From the IMG/VR virus record IMGVR_UViG_3300037961_004224, positions 32,001-96,000 of that record: a stretch of 64,000 bases of DNA; one strand, given 5' to 3'. Position numbers and translations under genes: made by a program. Numbering within the stretch: position 1 is the stretch's first letter; every line of letters begins with the position of its first letter. Shown here piece after piece: positions 18,966 through 28,551 of the stretch. The stretch comes from a virus. The notes below the pieces were generated by a model. That model ran no database searches. It had not been told where the DNA came from and saw only the letters and a list, made by a program, of their open reading frames with translations.

Positions 18966-19294
18966 TGTATGAATATAATGCTAAAGTTGATCGTGTTGTT
19001 GATGGAGACACTGTAGACTTTATTGTTGATCTTGGATTTAATATCAATATAAAGATCAGGACTAGACTGATTGGTGTTGACACACCAGAAAGAGGACATC
19101 CAGACTGGAAAAAGGCAACAGCCGAATGTGCAAGATTGCTTTCTTCTGTAGCAGATATTCACAGTGCTTCTATTGGAAAACCAGAACACTGGGTAAAAAT
19201 AAAAACAACGAAAACAGGGAAATATGGTCGTTGGCTTGTAGAAGTTGATGGTGTAACAGATAAATTAGCAGAGACTTGGCCCTATGAAAAATAA
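18965..19294 (+). CDS. Staphylococcal nuclease-like (SNase/thermonuclease) protein
   Basis: RVVDGDT, RLIGVDTPE, KYGRWL. Confidence 0.88.
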   Translation: MYEYNAKVDRVVDGDTVDFIVDLGFNINIKIRTRLIGVDTPERGHPDWKKATAECARLLSSVADIHSASIGKPEHWVKIKTTKTGKYGRWLVEVDGVTDKLAETWPYEK

Positions 19295-20921
19295 CTATAT
19301 TGAGTTCCCATGTGGTTGTAAGTTTGAAAAAAACTCAAAAGGTCTTCCAATATTCAATCCTAACATTGAAGCACTGCCATTGCATTGTGAAAGAACTTGG
19401 GATATGATTTGCGAAGGGAATACCAAGGGTGTATTTCAGCTTGAATCTCAACTCGGTCAAAGCAAAGCAAAAGAAGTAAAGCCAAGAAGTATAGAAGAAC
19501 TATCAGATCTGATTGCAATCATCAGGCCGGGGTGTGGTGATGCAATTGTAGACGGTAAATCTCTTACCCAGCACTATATTGATCGTAAAGCAGGAAGAGA
19601 TGATGTCAAATACTTTGATCCCAGACTAAAACCAATATTAGAACCAACTTATGGAATCTTGGTATATCAAGAACAAGCTATGCAAATAGCACAACTGGTT
19701 GCTAATTTTTCTTTAGGACAAGCAGATAATCTTCGTAAGGCTATTGGTAAAAAGAATGTTGATCTTATGGCCAAGGTAAAGAAAGAATTTTTAGAAGGTG
19801 CTATTGCTCAAGGAAACTTTACTGAAAAAGATGCTGAAGAGATTTTTAGTTGGATCGAGAAGTCTCAAAAATACTCGTTTAACAAATCTCACTCAGTAAG
19901 TTACGCACTCAATGGATATCAAACTGCTTATGCCAAAGCCCATTTCCCTAGAGCTTTTTTCACCTCATATCTTCGTCATGCTGATGGTAAACCAAAGCCA
20001 TTTGAAGAAATAAATGAATTAGTAAATAACGCTAGACTTATGGATATAGACGTGCAACCACCTAGCATTGTTAATATGAACTCTAATTTTTGTTTAGTAA
20101 ATAAACTTCCAACATTTGGTCTAGTGAATGTTAAAAGCGTTGGTATGAGTGTGTTTAAGCAAATAGATGCAGTAGTAAAGCAAAATTCATATAATGTGTC
20201 TGATATGGGCTGGGATAAATTTTTAATGAAGGTTGGTAGGTATATTAAAAGTAATTCTTTTGAATCTATGATTAGAGCCGGTGTTTTTGATTGCTACAAG
20301 AAACAAAGAAATAAAATGCTTTATGACTTTAACATATATAAAGAGTTAAAAGATTTTGATAAAGACTATCTTACAAAAACAAAGTGTAAAACATTTGTAG
20401 AAGCTCTTGAAGATTTGATCCCATACATTAAAAAGACTAAAAGAGCTACAGTGCATACGGAAAGACATATTGAGCAAGTTAGAGGGTCAATATCAGCACT
20501 AAAATCCCCACCATATGAATTGATTGACAGGCCAGCTTGGAGGGCAAAGCAAGAGAGAGATTTGCTTGGCGTAGAAATAACATGCTCAGAAGTTGATGAG
20601 TATGATACAACAGATGGAAATTGCAGTTGTAGAGAATATGTAAAAGGTTTTGAATCTAATTACATAGCTATAGCAGCACAAATAAGTGACATTAGAGAAT
20701 GGAAGATCAGGGGCGGAAAACACAAGGGAGAGAAGATGGCATTCTTAAAAATTAGTGACAGTTCTTGTTCGCTTGATAATGTTACTGTTTTTTCAGAAGA
20801 CTGGCAAAAACTAAAAAGTAAAATTGTTATAGGTAAGATATTGCTTCTTAGAGGAAACAGAGATAAAAATCGAGGAAGTTTTTTAGTAAAACAAGCACAA
20901 AACCTAGAACAATGTATATAA
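19284..20921 (+). CDS. dnaE: DNA polymerase III alpha (DnaE), C-terminal half: fingers, HhH, OB
   Basis: TKGVFQLES, IAIIRPG, TYGILVYQEQ, FNKSHSVSY..QTAYAKAHFP, C-terminal OB (MAFLKISD...VTVF). Confidence 0.95.
   Translation: MKNNYIEFPCGCKFEKNSKGLPIFNPNIEALPLHCERTWDMICEGNTKGVFQLESQLGQSKAKEVKPRSIEELSDLIAIIRPGCGDAIVDGKSLTQHYIDRKAGRDDVKYFDPRLKPILEPTYGILVYQEQAMQIAQLVANFSLGQADNLRKAIGKKNVDLMAKVKKEFLEGAIAQGNFTEKDAEEIFSWIEKSQKYSFNKSHSVSYALNGYQTAYAKAHFPRAFFTSYLRHADGKPKPFEEINELVNNARLMDIDVQPPSIVNMNSNFCLVNKLPTFGLVNVKSVGMSVFKQIDAVVKQNSYNVSDMGWDKFLMKVGRYIKSNSFESMIRAGVFDCYKKQRNKMLYDFNIYKELKDFDKDYLTKTKCKTFVEALEDLIPYIKKTKRATVHTERHIEQVRGSISALKSPPYELIDRPAWRAKQERDLLGVEITCSEVDEYDTTDGNCSCREYVKGFESNYIAIAAQISDIREWKIRGGKHKGEKMAFLKISDSSCSLDNVTVFSEDWQKLKSKIVIGKILLLRGNRDKNRGSFLVKQAQNLEQCI
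20912..20917 (+). promoter_or_regulatory. Candidate phage promoter motif ATGTAT
   Basis: 23 nt upstream of the sigma factor ATG, overlapping the dnaE-C 3' end. Confidence 0.25.
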
Positions 20922-20934
20922 TAAGGATATATAA

Positions 20935-21381
20935 ATGGACGAATTGATAGAAAAAAATATGGGGCTTGTTGTCTCAATAGTAAATTCTTTTGGACCCAAG
21001 AATCATACTGAGCGTCAAGATTTAATGGACGCAGGCAGAATAGGGCTTTGGAAAGCTTTACAAAAATATAACAGAGAAAATGGTCACTTGATTTCTACCT
21101 ATGCTTGGAGACCAATAAGGTGGTCAATAATTAGGGAGATAAAGAGCAGGAAAAAATTCGTATCTATAGAAAATATAGCATCTCCAGTTGTTGAATCAAA
21201 ACAAAACTTATGGGAATGTTATACTGATGATATGTCACCTGAAGAACAAATCTTAATTGATTTAAGAAAAGAAGGATATAAATTTCATGAAATATGTGAC
21301 ATTCTAGATGAAACTCCTTCTAAAGTAAAAAATAAATTTTATAAACTTATAAAAAGATTAAGAGAAGCAAATGCAACGTAA
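20935..21381 (+). CDS. Minimal sigma-70-family factor (regions 2 and 4)
   Basis: LIEKNMGLVVSIV..DLMDAGRIGLWKALQKYN..STYA..IRWSI; C-terminal HTH GYKFHEICDIL. Confidence 0.85.
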   Translation: MDELIEKNMGLVVSIVNSFGPKNHTERQDLMDAGRIGLWKALQKYNRENGHLISTYAWRPIRWSIIREIKSRKKFVSIENIASPVVESKQNLWECYTDDMSPEEQILIDLRKEGYKFHEICDILDETPSKVKNKFYKLIKRLREANAT

Positions 21382-23017
21382 GAAAAGAATACTCTTTGTA
21401 ACTGAATCTCATAAACTAGCTTCTGGATTTGGGACTTATGCAAAAGAGATACTGAACAGAATATACAAAACTGGTAAGTATGAAATAGCAGAATTCGGCT
21501 GCTATATGAGTCCTATCGAGAATGAATCAACGGATTGGTTGATATATGGAAATGCTCCAATGCCTCATGAAGAGGAATATCGCAAAGAGCATACCTCCAA
21601 TCCAAATGTGCAATGGGGGATTGCTAGATTTGAACATGCTGTCTTAGACTTTAAGCCAGACATAGTTGTTACCTATAGAGATCCTTGGATGGATGCGTAC
21701 ATAGCTGACAGCGTACTGCTTCCCTTTTTTCACTGGGTTTGGATGCCAACAGTAGATAGCGAACCTCAAAAAAATGAATGGCTATATTGGTTTAATAAAT
21801 GTGATGGGTTAATGGCATATTCTGAATATGGTATCAGAACACTAGAAAACCAAACACATGGAAGATTAAAGGTAACAGATTGTGCATCGCCAGCTATTGA
21901 TCCAAATACTTTTAATATAATCCCAAATAAAGCAAAGCACAAACAAAGTATGGGAATTGATCCAGATAGCTTTATAGTTGGAACAGTGATGCGTAATCAG
22001 AAAAGAAAAATGTTCCCAGACCTTATAAAAAGCTTCAAAATGTTTCTTGAAAATGCACCAAAAGAAATAGCGGAAAAATCTTTTCTTTATCTACACACTA
22101 GTTACCCAGAAAAAATGGGATGGGATATAACATCGTTAGTACACGAGTATGGAATAGGATCAAAAATTCTTGTAACTTATACTTGTAAGGCATGTAAAAA
22201 GTATTTTTGTTCTAATTATAGAGATGCCATAACTCAGTGTAACCACTGTGGAAAAACTGCTGCAACAATGCCGGGAGTCACTAACGGTCTAGACCATTCC
22301 GACCTACCTAATATATATAACTTGATGGATTTGTACGTGCAATATGCAATCTGTGAAGGCTTTGGTATGCCTCAAGTAGAAGCCGCAGCGTGTGGGACAC
22401 CAATAGCGTCTATTGATTATAGTGCTATGGAAGATGTTGTTAAGCACTGTAAAGGATATCCTATCAAGCCAAATCTTCAAAGAGAAATGGAAACAAACGC
22501 ACAAAGATCGGGCCATAATAACGAAGAATTAGCAAAGATTATGCTAAAATGTGCTTCTCAAAATGACGCACAAAGAAAAAAACAAAGGCTTGAAACAAGG
22601 AAAGGCTGTATTTCAAGGTATACTTGGGATAAAGCTGCAAAAAGCTGGGAAAAATATTTTGATAGTGTTGAAAGAACAAAGCCACTAGAAGGACAATGGG
22701 ATGCTCCAAGGCTCATGCGTCCTGTACCAAATGAAATGCCTAAACAACATATAAACAACCAGCAGTTTTCAGAGTGGATTTATAATGATGTAGTGCAAGA
22801 TGATTCAGAAAAATTTTCATACAAAATGCTCTTCATGATAAGAAATTTAAATTTTGGAGCTAGAATTGGTGGCGACATGTCTCCCTACACTAAAGAGAAT
22901 GCTTTTAACGATTCTAAACATTTGGCAAATAGAAGACTTTACTTTGATACAATTAGGTGTGAAGGATTGCAACCGCAAGATTTTATAATTCAAGCACATA
23001 ACAGGATTAAGAAATGA
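21371..23017 (+). CDS. GT4-family glycosyltransferase with Cys-rich insertion
   Basis: GTVMRNQKRK, EGFGMPQVEAAACGTP (ExxE motif intact). Confidence 0.88.
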   Translation: MQRKKRILFVTESHKLASGFGTYAKEILNRIYKTGKYEIAEFGCYMSPIENESTDWLIYGNAPMPHEEEYRKEHTSNPNVQWGIARFEHAVLDFKPDIVVTYRDPWMDAYIADSVLLPFFHWVWMPTVDSEPQKNEWLYWFNKCDGLMAYSEYGIRTLENQTHGRLKVTDCASPAIDPNTFNIIPNKAKHKQSMGIDPDSFIVGTVMRNQKRKMFPDLIKSFKMFLENAPKEIAEKSFLYLHTSYPEKMGWDITSLVHEYGIGSKILVTYTCKACKKYFCSNYRDAITQCNHCGKTAATMPGVTNGLDHSDLPNIYNLMDLYVQYAICEGFGMPQVEAAACGTPIASIDYSAMEDVVKHCKGYPIKPNLQREMETNAQRSGHNNEELAKIMLKCASQNDAQRKKQRLETRKGCISRYTWDKAAKSWEKYFDSVERTKPLEGQWDAPRLMRPVPNEMPKQHINNQQFSEWIYNDVVQDDSEKFSYKMLFMIRNLNFGARIGGDMSPYTKENAFNDSKHLANRRLYFDTIRCEGLQPQDFIIQAHNRIKK

Positions 23018-24102
23018 ATGTATTTTATGTCGGCCCCTATAGACAATCTGACGGATGGGGAATAGCCAGTAGAAGCCTCGCTAAAATTATATCACAGCAA
23101 GAAGGTATTGATCTTACTTGCAGGCCAATATGGTATAATTTAAATTCGTTACAACAAGATATAGGGATTCTTGAAGCTTGCGAAAATAAAAAGCTAGAAA
23201 AAAAAGAAACTCTAATACAATTTGGATTGCCTCAATATTTAAATTATAATGGAGATTTTAAAAGGAATATAGCTGCTACTATTGTTGATTGTAGAATTGA
23301 TAATATGGGTTGGGTTGCTAACTTAAATCTATTTGATGAGATATTAGTATTTTCTAAAAATGAAAAAACAATACTTGAAGAATCAGGTATAAAAAGTAAC
23401 ATTCGCAATTTGAATGCTTTGCCAATCGAATTACATGAGCCAATAACAGAGTTTGATGTGGATGAATTTGGGCCGCTGTATACCTTCTACACAAATGCTG
23501 GCTTAGGAACTAATTCAGGTCTCAGAGAAACAATCGTTGCGTTTCTTTCTTCCTTTACAGCACTAGATAATCAAGTATTAGTAATATTTTGCAATGAACA
23601 AAACTCACAACAAATATCGGAAGAAATAGATTTAATAAAAAAATCACTAAATATATTTGGCAATATAAATGATATGTATCCAAGAATAGGTATAATCAAG
23701 GCAGAAGATCAATCTTTAATTAATCATGCTCATTCAACATTTGACTGCTTTATTGATTTATCATATAATTCATCATTAACCTACCAGACTATTCATGCGT
23801 TTTCTAAAAACCGACCTGCAATTTTGCTGGATACTTGCAAAGATCAAATTGGTGAAGATTATGGGTTGCTTGTAAAATCAATTGAAGAGCCTTCATTCAC
23901 TCAACAAAGACCAGTAAAGGGTATGTATTCTGGAGAGCAAGCTTGGTCAAAACCCAAAATACAAGACATAAAAAACAAAATGATTTCTGTAAGCAGCGAT
24001 AATACTATAGCAGACAAAGCAAAAGAAGTAATATACAAATTTAATTCAAATTATAGTTTTGGCAATAATCAAAAAATAAAAGAGATTTTATGTATCCAAT
24101 AG
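23014..24102 (+). CDS. GT-B-like protein, catalytic motif eroded
   Basis: N-terminal VFYVGPY..DGWGIASR typical of GT4; DCFIDLS not followed by EGxG...E. Confidence 0.55.
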   Translation: MNVFYVGPYRQSDGWGIASRSLAKIISQQEGIDLTCRPIWYNLNSLQQDIGILEACENKKLEKKETLIQFGLPQYLNYNGDFKRNIAATIVDCRIDNMGWVANLNLFDEILVFSKNEKTILEESGIKSNIRNLNALPIELHEPITEFDVDEFGPLYTFYTNAGLGTNSGLRETIVAFLSSFTALDNQVLVIFCNEQNSQQISEEIDLIKKSLNIFGNINDMYPRIGIIKAEDQSLINHAHSTFDCFIDLSYNSSLTYQTIHAFSKNRPAILLDTCKDQIGEDYGLLVKSIEEPSFTQQRPVKGMYSGEQAWSKPKIQDIKNKMISVSSDNTIADKAKEVIYKFNSNYSFGNNQKIKEILCIQ

Positions 24103-25031
24103 AGAATATAATTAGAAACGCAGAGAAAAAAGATAGTAAAGATCGTCTATCAATATTAATAGTAAACGATGGAAATGATCGTTACATACAGTCTATGGCA
24201 AAAAAATTGAGTCATGATTTCTATCTAGTTGATAACATTACGGGAAGCGGAAGACAATGGAAAAGCAAAGTCAGGCCAGAAAACCTATCCCTGCTTAATG
24301 ATTTATCTCAAATTCCTAGTAGGTATGTAGATGCAATAATTGTTTTCAACAGAACTAATGAATACGAAAAAGCAGATTTTATTTCAAAAAATTTTTCTGT
24401 CCCACTTATAGTTATTGATACAGTTACAAGTCAGCATAAAGTATGTGTTCCGTTTGGTGCTTCGACCAATATTGAAAATCCATCTCATATCTTAAATAGA
24501 AATATTGACACATGCGTTGCACTGAACGATACTATATTGCGTAGTTGGATAAACAATAATTCATCTTTATGTGTAAAGATCAACCATCTTCCAAATAATA
24601 TAAAACGAGATCAAAACTCTAATCTTGTATTGTTAGACCCAGAATTAGATCGTAACTATTTGGGCAGCATGGGAGTTAATTTTCAAAATGAGATTTACAC
24701 TAATGATCCTGAGAAGGCTTGTGTATATCTAAACATGTGGCAAAGCGTAACCCCTCTGATGATAGATTGTATGCACAACGGCATACCTGTTGCAACCATT
24801 GCTAATAATGAGTTTGAAGATCTTATAAAGAAAGAATGTTGCATTGTAATAGATAATCTAACTTTATTTAATGACCCTAACAATGTAACAAATTTGCTTC
24901 AATTTCAAAAATTACAGAATGTAATAGATAATGCAAAATCATATTTTGAGTATGAAGAGCAGGATTTTAAAAATAAATGGAATAATATTATTAATCATGT
25001 ATGCAACAAAATATTTATGGGAGTACGATAA
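24090..25031 (+). CDS. GT-B-like protein, degenerate
   Basis: PLMIDCMHNGIPVAT resembles the EAMxxGxPV motif with E to D. Confidence 0.5.
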   Translation: MYPIENIIRNAEKKDSKDRLSILIVNDGNDRYIQSMAKKLSHDFYLVDNITGSGRQWKSKVRPENLSLLNDLSQIPSRYVDAIIVFNRTNEYEKADFISKNFSVPLIVIDTVTSQHKVCVPFGASTNIENPSHILNRNIDTCVALNDTILRSWINNNSSLCVKINHLPNNIKRDQNSNLVLLDPELDRNYLGSMGVNFQNEIYTNDPEKACVYLNMWQSVTPLMIDCMHNGIPVATIANNEFEDLIKKECCIVIDNLTLFNDPNNVTNLLQFQKLQNVIDNAKSYFEYEEQDFKNKWNNIINHVCNKIFMGVR

Positions 25032-25424
25032 GTGATAAGTAAGAAAATTAATTTGGTGATTGATAAGGTGAATCAGTCAGATTTTACTGAAGAAGATCTT
25101 CAAAATGCACCCGATGGGTTCTTTGAAGAAATATTCGTTTCAGACTTGCTTGAATTGTCAAAGAATAACGCAATCATAGACGATGTTATAAAAAAGGTAA
25201 GGAAAAATGGAATTGTCAAGTTAAATGGCGTTGATGGAATTGATATGTGTCGCAAAAGTTACTACGGAGAAACACCAATCGAAGAATGCTCAATGTATTT
25301 TGGTGCAGTAAACAGGATTAACTCTGTAATTTCAATTAAGAAATATTTTGAAAAAATAGGATGGCAAATCAATTTTGCTGGAATAAACTCAGGAAGATAT
25401 TTTGTGGAGGCAAAAAGAAAATGA
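25032..25424 (+). CDS. Truncated class I methyltransferase-like protein
   Basis: EEIFVSDLLE..VRKNGIVKL..D resembles the C-terminal half of SAM-MTases; GTG start. Confidence 0.35.
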   Translation: MISKKINLVIDKVNQSDFTEEDLQNAPDGFFEEIFVSDLLELSKNNAIIDDVIKKVRKNGIVKLNGVDGIDMCRKSYYGETPIEECSMYFGAVNRINSVISIKKYFEKIGWQINFAGINSGRYFVEAKRK

Positions 25425-26260
25425 GCCAAAAAGAAGAAGTATCAGTAAACCATGTACATACAATTTGTAAGGAATGTGTATTTGCAAAATGGGAAAAAAA
25501 TACGCAAACCGGATGTAAGCTTGATAGAATAAATGACTATGAGAAAGCTGGAGTAAACATTGTTGGTATAAAAGATGAAGAAGATAAAGAATATTTTGTA
25601 ATTGATGGAAGATATTGTGTTTACTATAGAAACACAGAAATAATGAAAGATTATCCAAGAGATACTTGGGAAGAAATAGTGAATCTTCAGGTTAAAGTTC
25701 CATATCATGCTATGGTTATTGTAAATGAAGAAGATGATTTTAAAACAGTAAAGAAATGTTGTAAAGCCCTCAAAAATCAGAAGTACTCGCCAAACCTAGT
25801 GACACTAATCAATAAACAATATCCTAAATACGTTAGAGAACAGGATAATGCTATACCTCCTAGCAAACTTTTACAACTACTTAAAGATTCAGAATTTCAT
25901 CAATTTAGTTTTAAAAATATATATGATCAATCCCTTGACGATAGAGCCTTGGTAGATTTAGTTTTTGATAGTGCAAAAGAAAATAAATATCCTTTTTATG
26001 TTGTCTTTAATGCTAATTTCGACATACCGCAAGAATTTAGCGAAGAATTTAATAATTCAATATTGATAAAAATGATGCAGGTAGGATTTGCAAAACCCGT
26101 AGACGATATAAATGGGATGATTGGCAACAGGGTTGCACACAAAAAGCACTCTGGAAATTCTTTTGGAAGAAATCTAGAGGATAAAATAATTAATCTTGAA
26201 GATGACGGTGAAAAATTTGTATTTGAAATAGGGGATGTATGCCCATGCTTAAAGAAATAG
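25421..26260 (+). CDS. Hypothetical protein, N-terminal Cys cluster, possibly GT-A-like
   Basis: HTICKECVF..GC..C; ATGA overlap gives start 25421. Confidence 0.5.
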   Translation: MSQKEEVSVNHVHTICKECVFAKWEKNTQTGCKLDRINDYEKAGVNIVGIKDEEDKEYFVIDGRYCVYYRNTEIMKDYPRDTWEEIVNLQVKVPYHAMVIVNEEDDFKTVKKCCKALKNQKYSPNLVTLINKQYPKYVREQDNAIPPSKLLQLLKDSEFHQFSFKNIYDQSLDDRALVDLVFDSAKENKYPFYVVFNANFDIPQEFSEEFNNSILIKMMQVGFAKPVDDINGMIGNRVAHKKHSGNSFGRNLEDKIINLEDDGEKFVFEIGDVCPCLKK

Positions 26261-26646
26261 ATATAATAGAGGCTAATAAAGGTCTACAGTACTTCATGGA
26301 TAGTTGGAATAAAACCCAAGAAGATTCTATAGTATACGTATCTATAGATGGATTTGAAAGAAGCAAAGATTTTGATAGTCTTGTGCTAGATATTTTTGAT
26401 AATGATGATACAGTCGGATTTGTTTATACAGATTTTTTTATATATGACTCAAATGGTTTAAACATAGCTCAGTTTTTAGACGATAAAAACCTACCCAGCA
26501 TCCCTTTCTTTGTAAAAAAGAAAAATAACTTAAATATGCAATTTGTTCAAGAACAGAATATTATATCATCTATGATGCAAATGTATATTAATCATGGATA
26601 TAAGTTTGAACACTTAGCAGAAAACTGTCTCGGACATGTTGTATGA
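26239..26646 (+). CDS. GT2-like fragment
   Basis: VGFVYTDF motif; no DxD recognised. Confidence 0.4.
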   Translation: MPMLKEIDIIEANKGLQYFMDSWNKTQEDSIVYVSIDGFERSKDFDSLVLDIFDNDDTVGFVYTDFFIYDSNGLNIAQFLDDKNLPSIPFFVKKKNNLNMQFVQEQNIISSMMQMYINHGYKFEHLAENCLGHVV

Positions 26647-27347
26647 CTTTGAAATATATAAAAAATATAAAACAACAAACGCCCATAGATATTATTATAC
26701 CTGCCGCTGGTCTAGGTAGGAGAATGAAATCGTATGGTCCAAAGTCTTTAATAAAAATAAAAAAGAATCTGACGGTAATAGACCATCAATTAAAGATAAT
26801 AAAAAATACAATACCAAATGCTAACATAATATTGGTATCTGGATTTGAATCTGATTATCTGATGAATAATACTCCAAACGACATTATTAAAGTAGAGAAT
26901 GAGAGATACGAACAAACAAACGTTGTTAGATCAATAGGGCTAGGTTTAAGGGCTTCACAGAGAGATGTGCTAATTATATATGGCGATTTGGTTTTTAATT
27001 CAGAGTGTATCGAAAATATAAATTTTAACAGGTCTTCTATACTGATAGGAGATAACATGATGAAAGAATCAGAAGTAGGATGCATATTTAATAATAGTGA
27101 TAAATTAGAAAGCATGATGTACGACTTAGAACATAAATGGAGTCAAATGATTTTTTTAAAAGGTAAAGAATTAGAAATATTCAAAAAAATATGCTGGAAT
27201 ACTGATAATTATAGTATGTTTGGTTTTGAGGCTATAAATGACTTGTTATCAATGGGCGGGATAGTGAATGTGTGTCATCACAAAGATGCAAAAGCTATTG
27301 ATATAGACAGTTCAAAGGATTTAGAAAAGGTATCACAAATATTATGA
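26643..27347 (+). CDS. Sugar/choline-phosphate nucleotidyltransferase (LicC/NTP_transferase-like)
   Basis: IIIPAAGLGRRM..PKSL, IIYGDLVF, C-terminal DIDS..DL. Confidence 0.85.
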   Translation: MTLKYIKNIKQQTPIDIIIPAAGLGRRMKSYGPKSLIKIKKNLTVIDHQLKIIKNTIPNANIILVSGFESDYLMNNTPNDIIKVENERYEQTNVVRSIGLGLRASQRDVLIIYGDLVFNSECIENINFNRSSILIGDNMMKESEVGCIFNNSDKLESMMYDLEHKWSQMIFLKGKELEIFKKICWNTDNYSMFGFEAINDLLSMGGIVNVCHHKDAKAIDIDSSKDLEKVSQIL

Positions 27348-28108
27348 ATAAGAATATATTTTTCTCTGCGTCTAGTCATCCAAAAATTATGGGTGTGGCA
27401 CAGGCAATGCAAGACAATGCAAAAGAATCTCGCTGGTTTGAAAACTCGTTGCCTATTTTTGACTTACTGGAAGCAGAAAAGCCAGACTTGGTTTTTTTCA
27501 AAGATAATGATTACCCACTACAGCATATTGAATATGCTAAAAAAGACTTTCCAAACACTAAGTTTGGTTTGTTTACTGAGCTAGAAGAAGATCATGAGTT
27601 TTTTGACATCACCATCAATATTCTAAATGAAAAGCATAGAAACTATCTACCTTATCTTGCAAACACATACTATTCTGGAGGCAAGAAAAATGAAATATAT
27701 GAAACAGATATTTTAATGATAAGCAACAATGTTAATTTAGAAAATGAAACACTACTGAAATGGATATTTTCCATAGCTACAAAGTATAGAATGAAAATAT
27801 ATGGAGAAAATAAGGTTCAGTGTCCATATTATCTTGGTAATGTAGGTATAGAGTCGCTTAAAGATCTAATAGCTTCTACAAAAATAATGATAATGCTGAA
27901 TGAAGAATGGCTGCAAACCGCTTTATTAAATGATAAAGTCCCTCTATTGTTTAGCAACAACCCTTCTAACCATTGTGAGTTTTCAACATACAGTCAATTA
28001 GATGAATTATGTAATTTACACATAAATCATGATATGGAATCAACTAAAATAACGCCAAAAACATATTTAGATTTTTGCAATAAAATACTAGAGGAATTAT
28101 ACAAATGA
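27344..28108 (+). CDS. GT-like (CgeB-like) protein, degenerate
   Basis: MKIYG..YLGNV..DLIASTKI pattern; within the glyco island. Confidence 0.4.
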   Translation: MNKNIFFSASSHPKIMGVAQAMQDNAKESRWFENSLPIFDLLEAEKPDLVFFKDNDYPLQHIEYAKKDFPNTKFGLFTELEEDHEFFDITINILNEKHRNYLPYLANTYYSGGKKNEIYETDILMISNNVNLENETLLKWIFSIATKYRMKIYGENKVQCPYYLGNVGIESLKDLIASTKIMIMLNEEWLQTALLNDKVPLLFSNNPSNHCEFSTYSQLDELCNLHINHDMESTKITPKTYLDFCNKILEELYK

Positions 28109-28551
28109 TAGGAATATTAGTAGACAACATTGCCAATGACGCTTTTAACTATTGTATGTTTAGAGAATTGAATCGTCTGTCAAAAAAAGAGCAATGTTTT
28201 GTCTTTACCAATAATGTAATGGCTTTGCCAATGCAGAATAATTTTGCAATATTGCAACAAATAGATGCCTTGGCACACCAAGGTACTCTCATAGCTACTA
28301 ACCTCTTGAATTGTCAAGTTCTTGCAAATTCATTGACAGCAGAAAAGAAATTTATGTATCTATGGAGCTTTGATTGGATGAATTTTAATAGACTTGAAGC
28401 TAGTTCGCTAAACAACATGCTTCACAATAACGAGATAGAGATCATAGCAAGAAGTAAATCACACGAACAGGTAGTCAGGAAAATGTTTAAAAGCCCCAAG
28501 GGGGTCGTTTATAACTGGAGAGCAGATGAAATTTTAAAGGCAATATCATGA
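28105..28551 (+). CDS. Hypothetical protein, GT-B N-domain-like
   Basis: MIGILVD N-terminal strand, KFMYLWSFDW, IIARSKSH. Confidence 0.4.
   Translation: MIGILVDNIANDAFNYCMFRELNRLSKKEQCFVFTNNVMALPMQNNFAILQQIDALAHQGTLIATNLLNCQVLANSLTAEKKFMYLWSFDWMNFNRLEASSLNNMLHNNEIEIIARSKSHEQVVRKMFKSPKGVVYNWRADEILKAIS

Noticed and set aside
17968-19291. Intein, group I intron or cctatg direct-repeat insertion explaining the dnaE split
   Set aside because: No intein motifs at either end; intervening genes leave no room for a ribozyme; deletion between the two cctatg copies gives an immediate TGA, not an in-frame join
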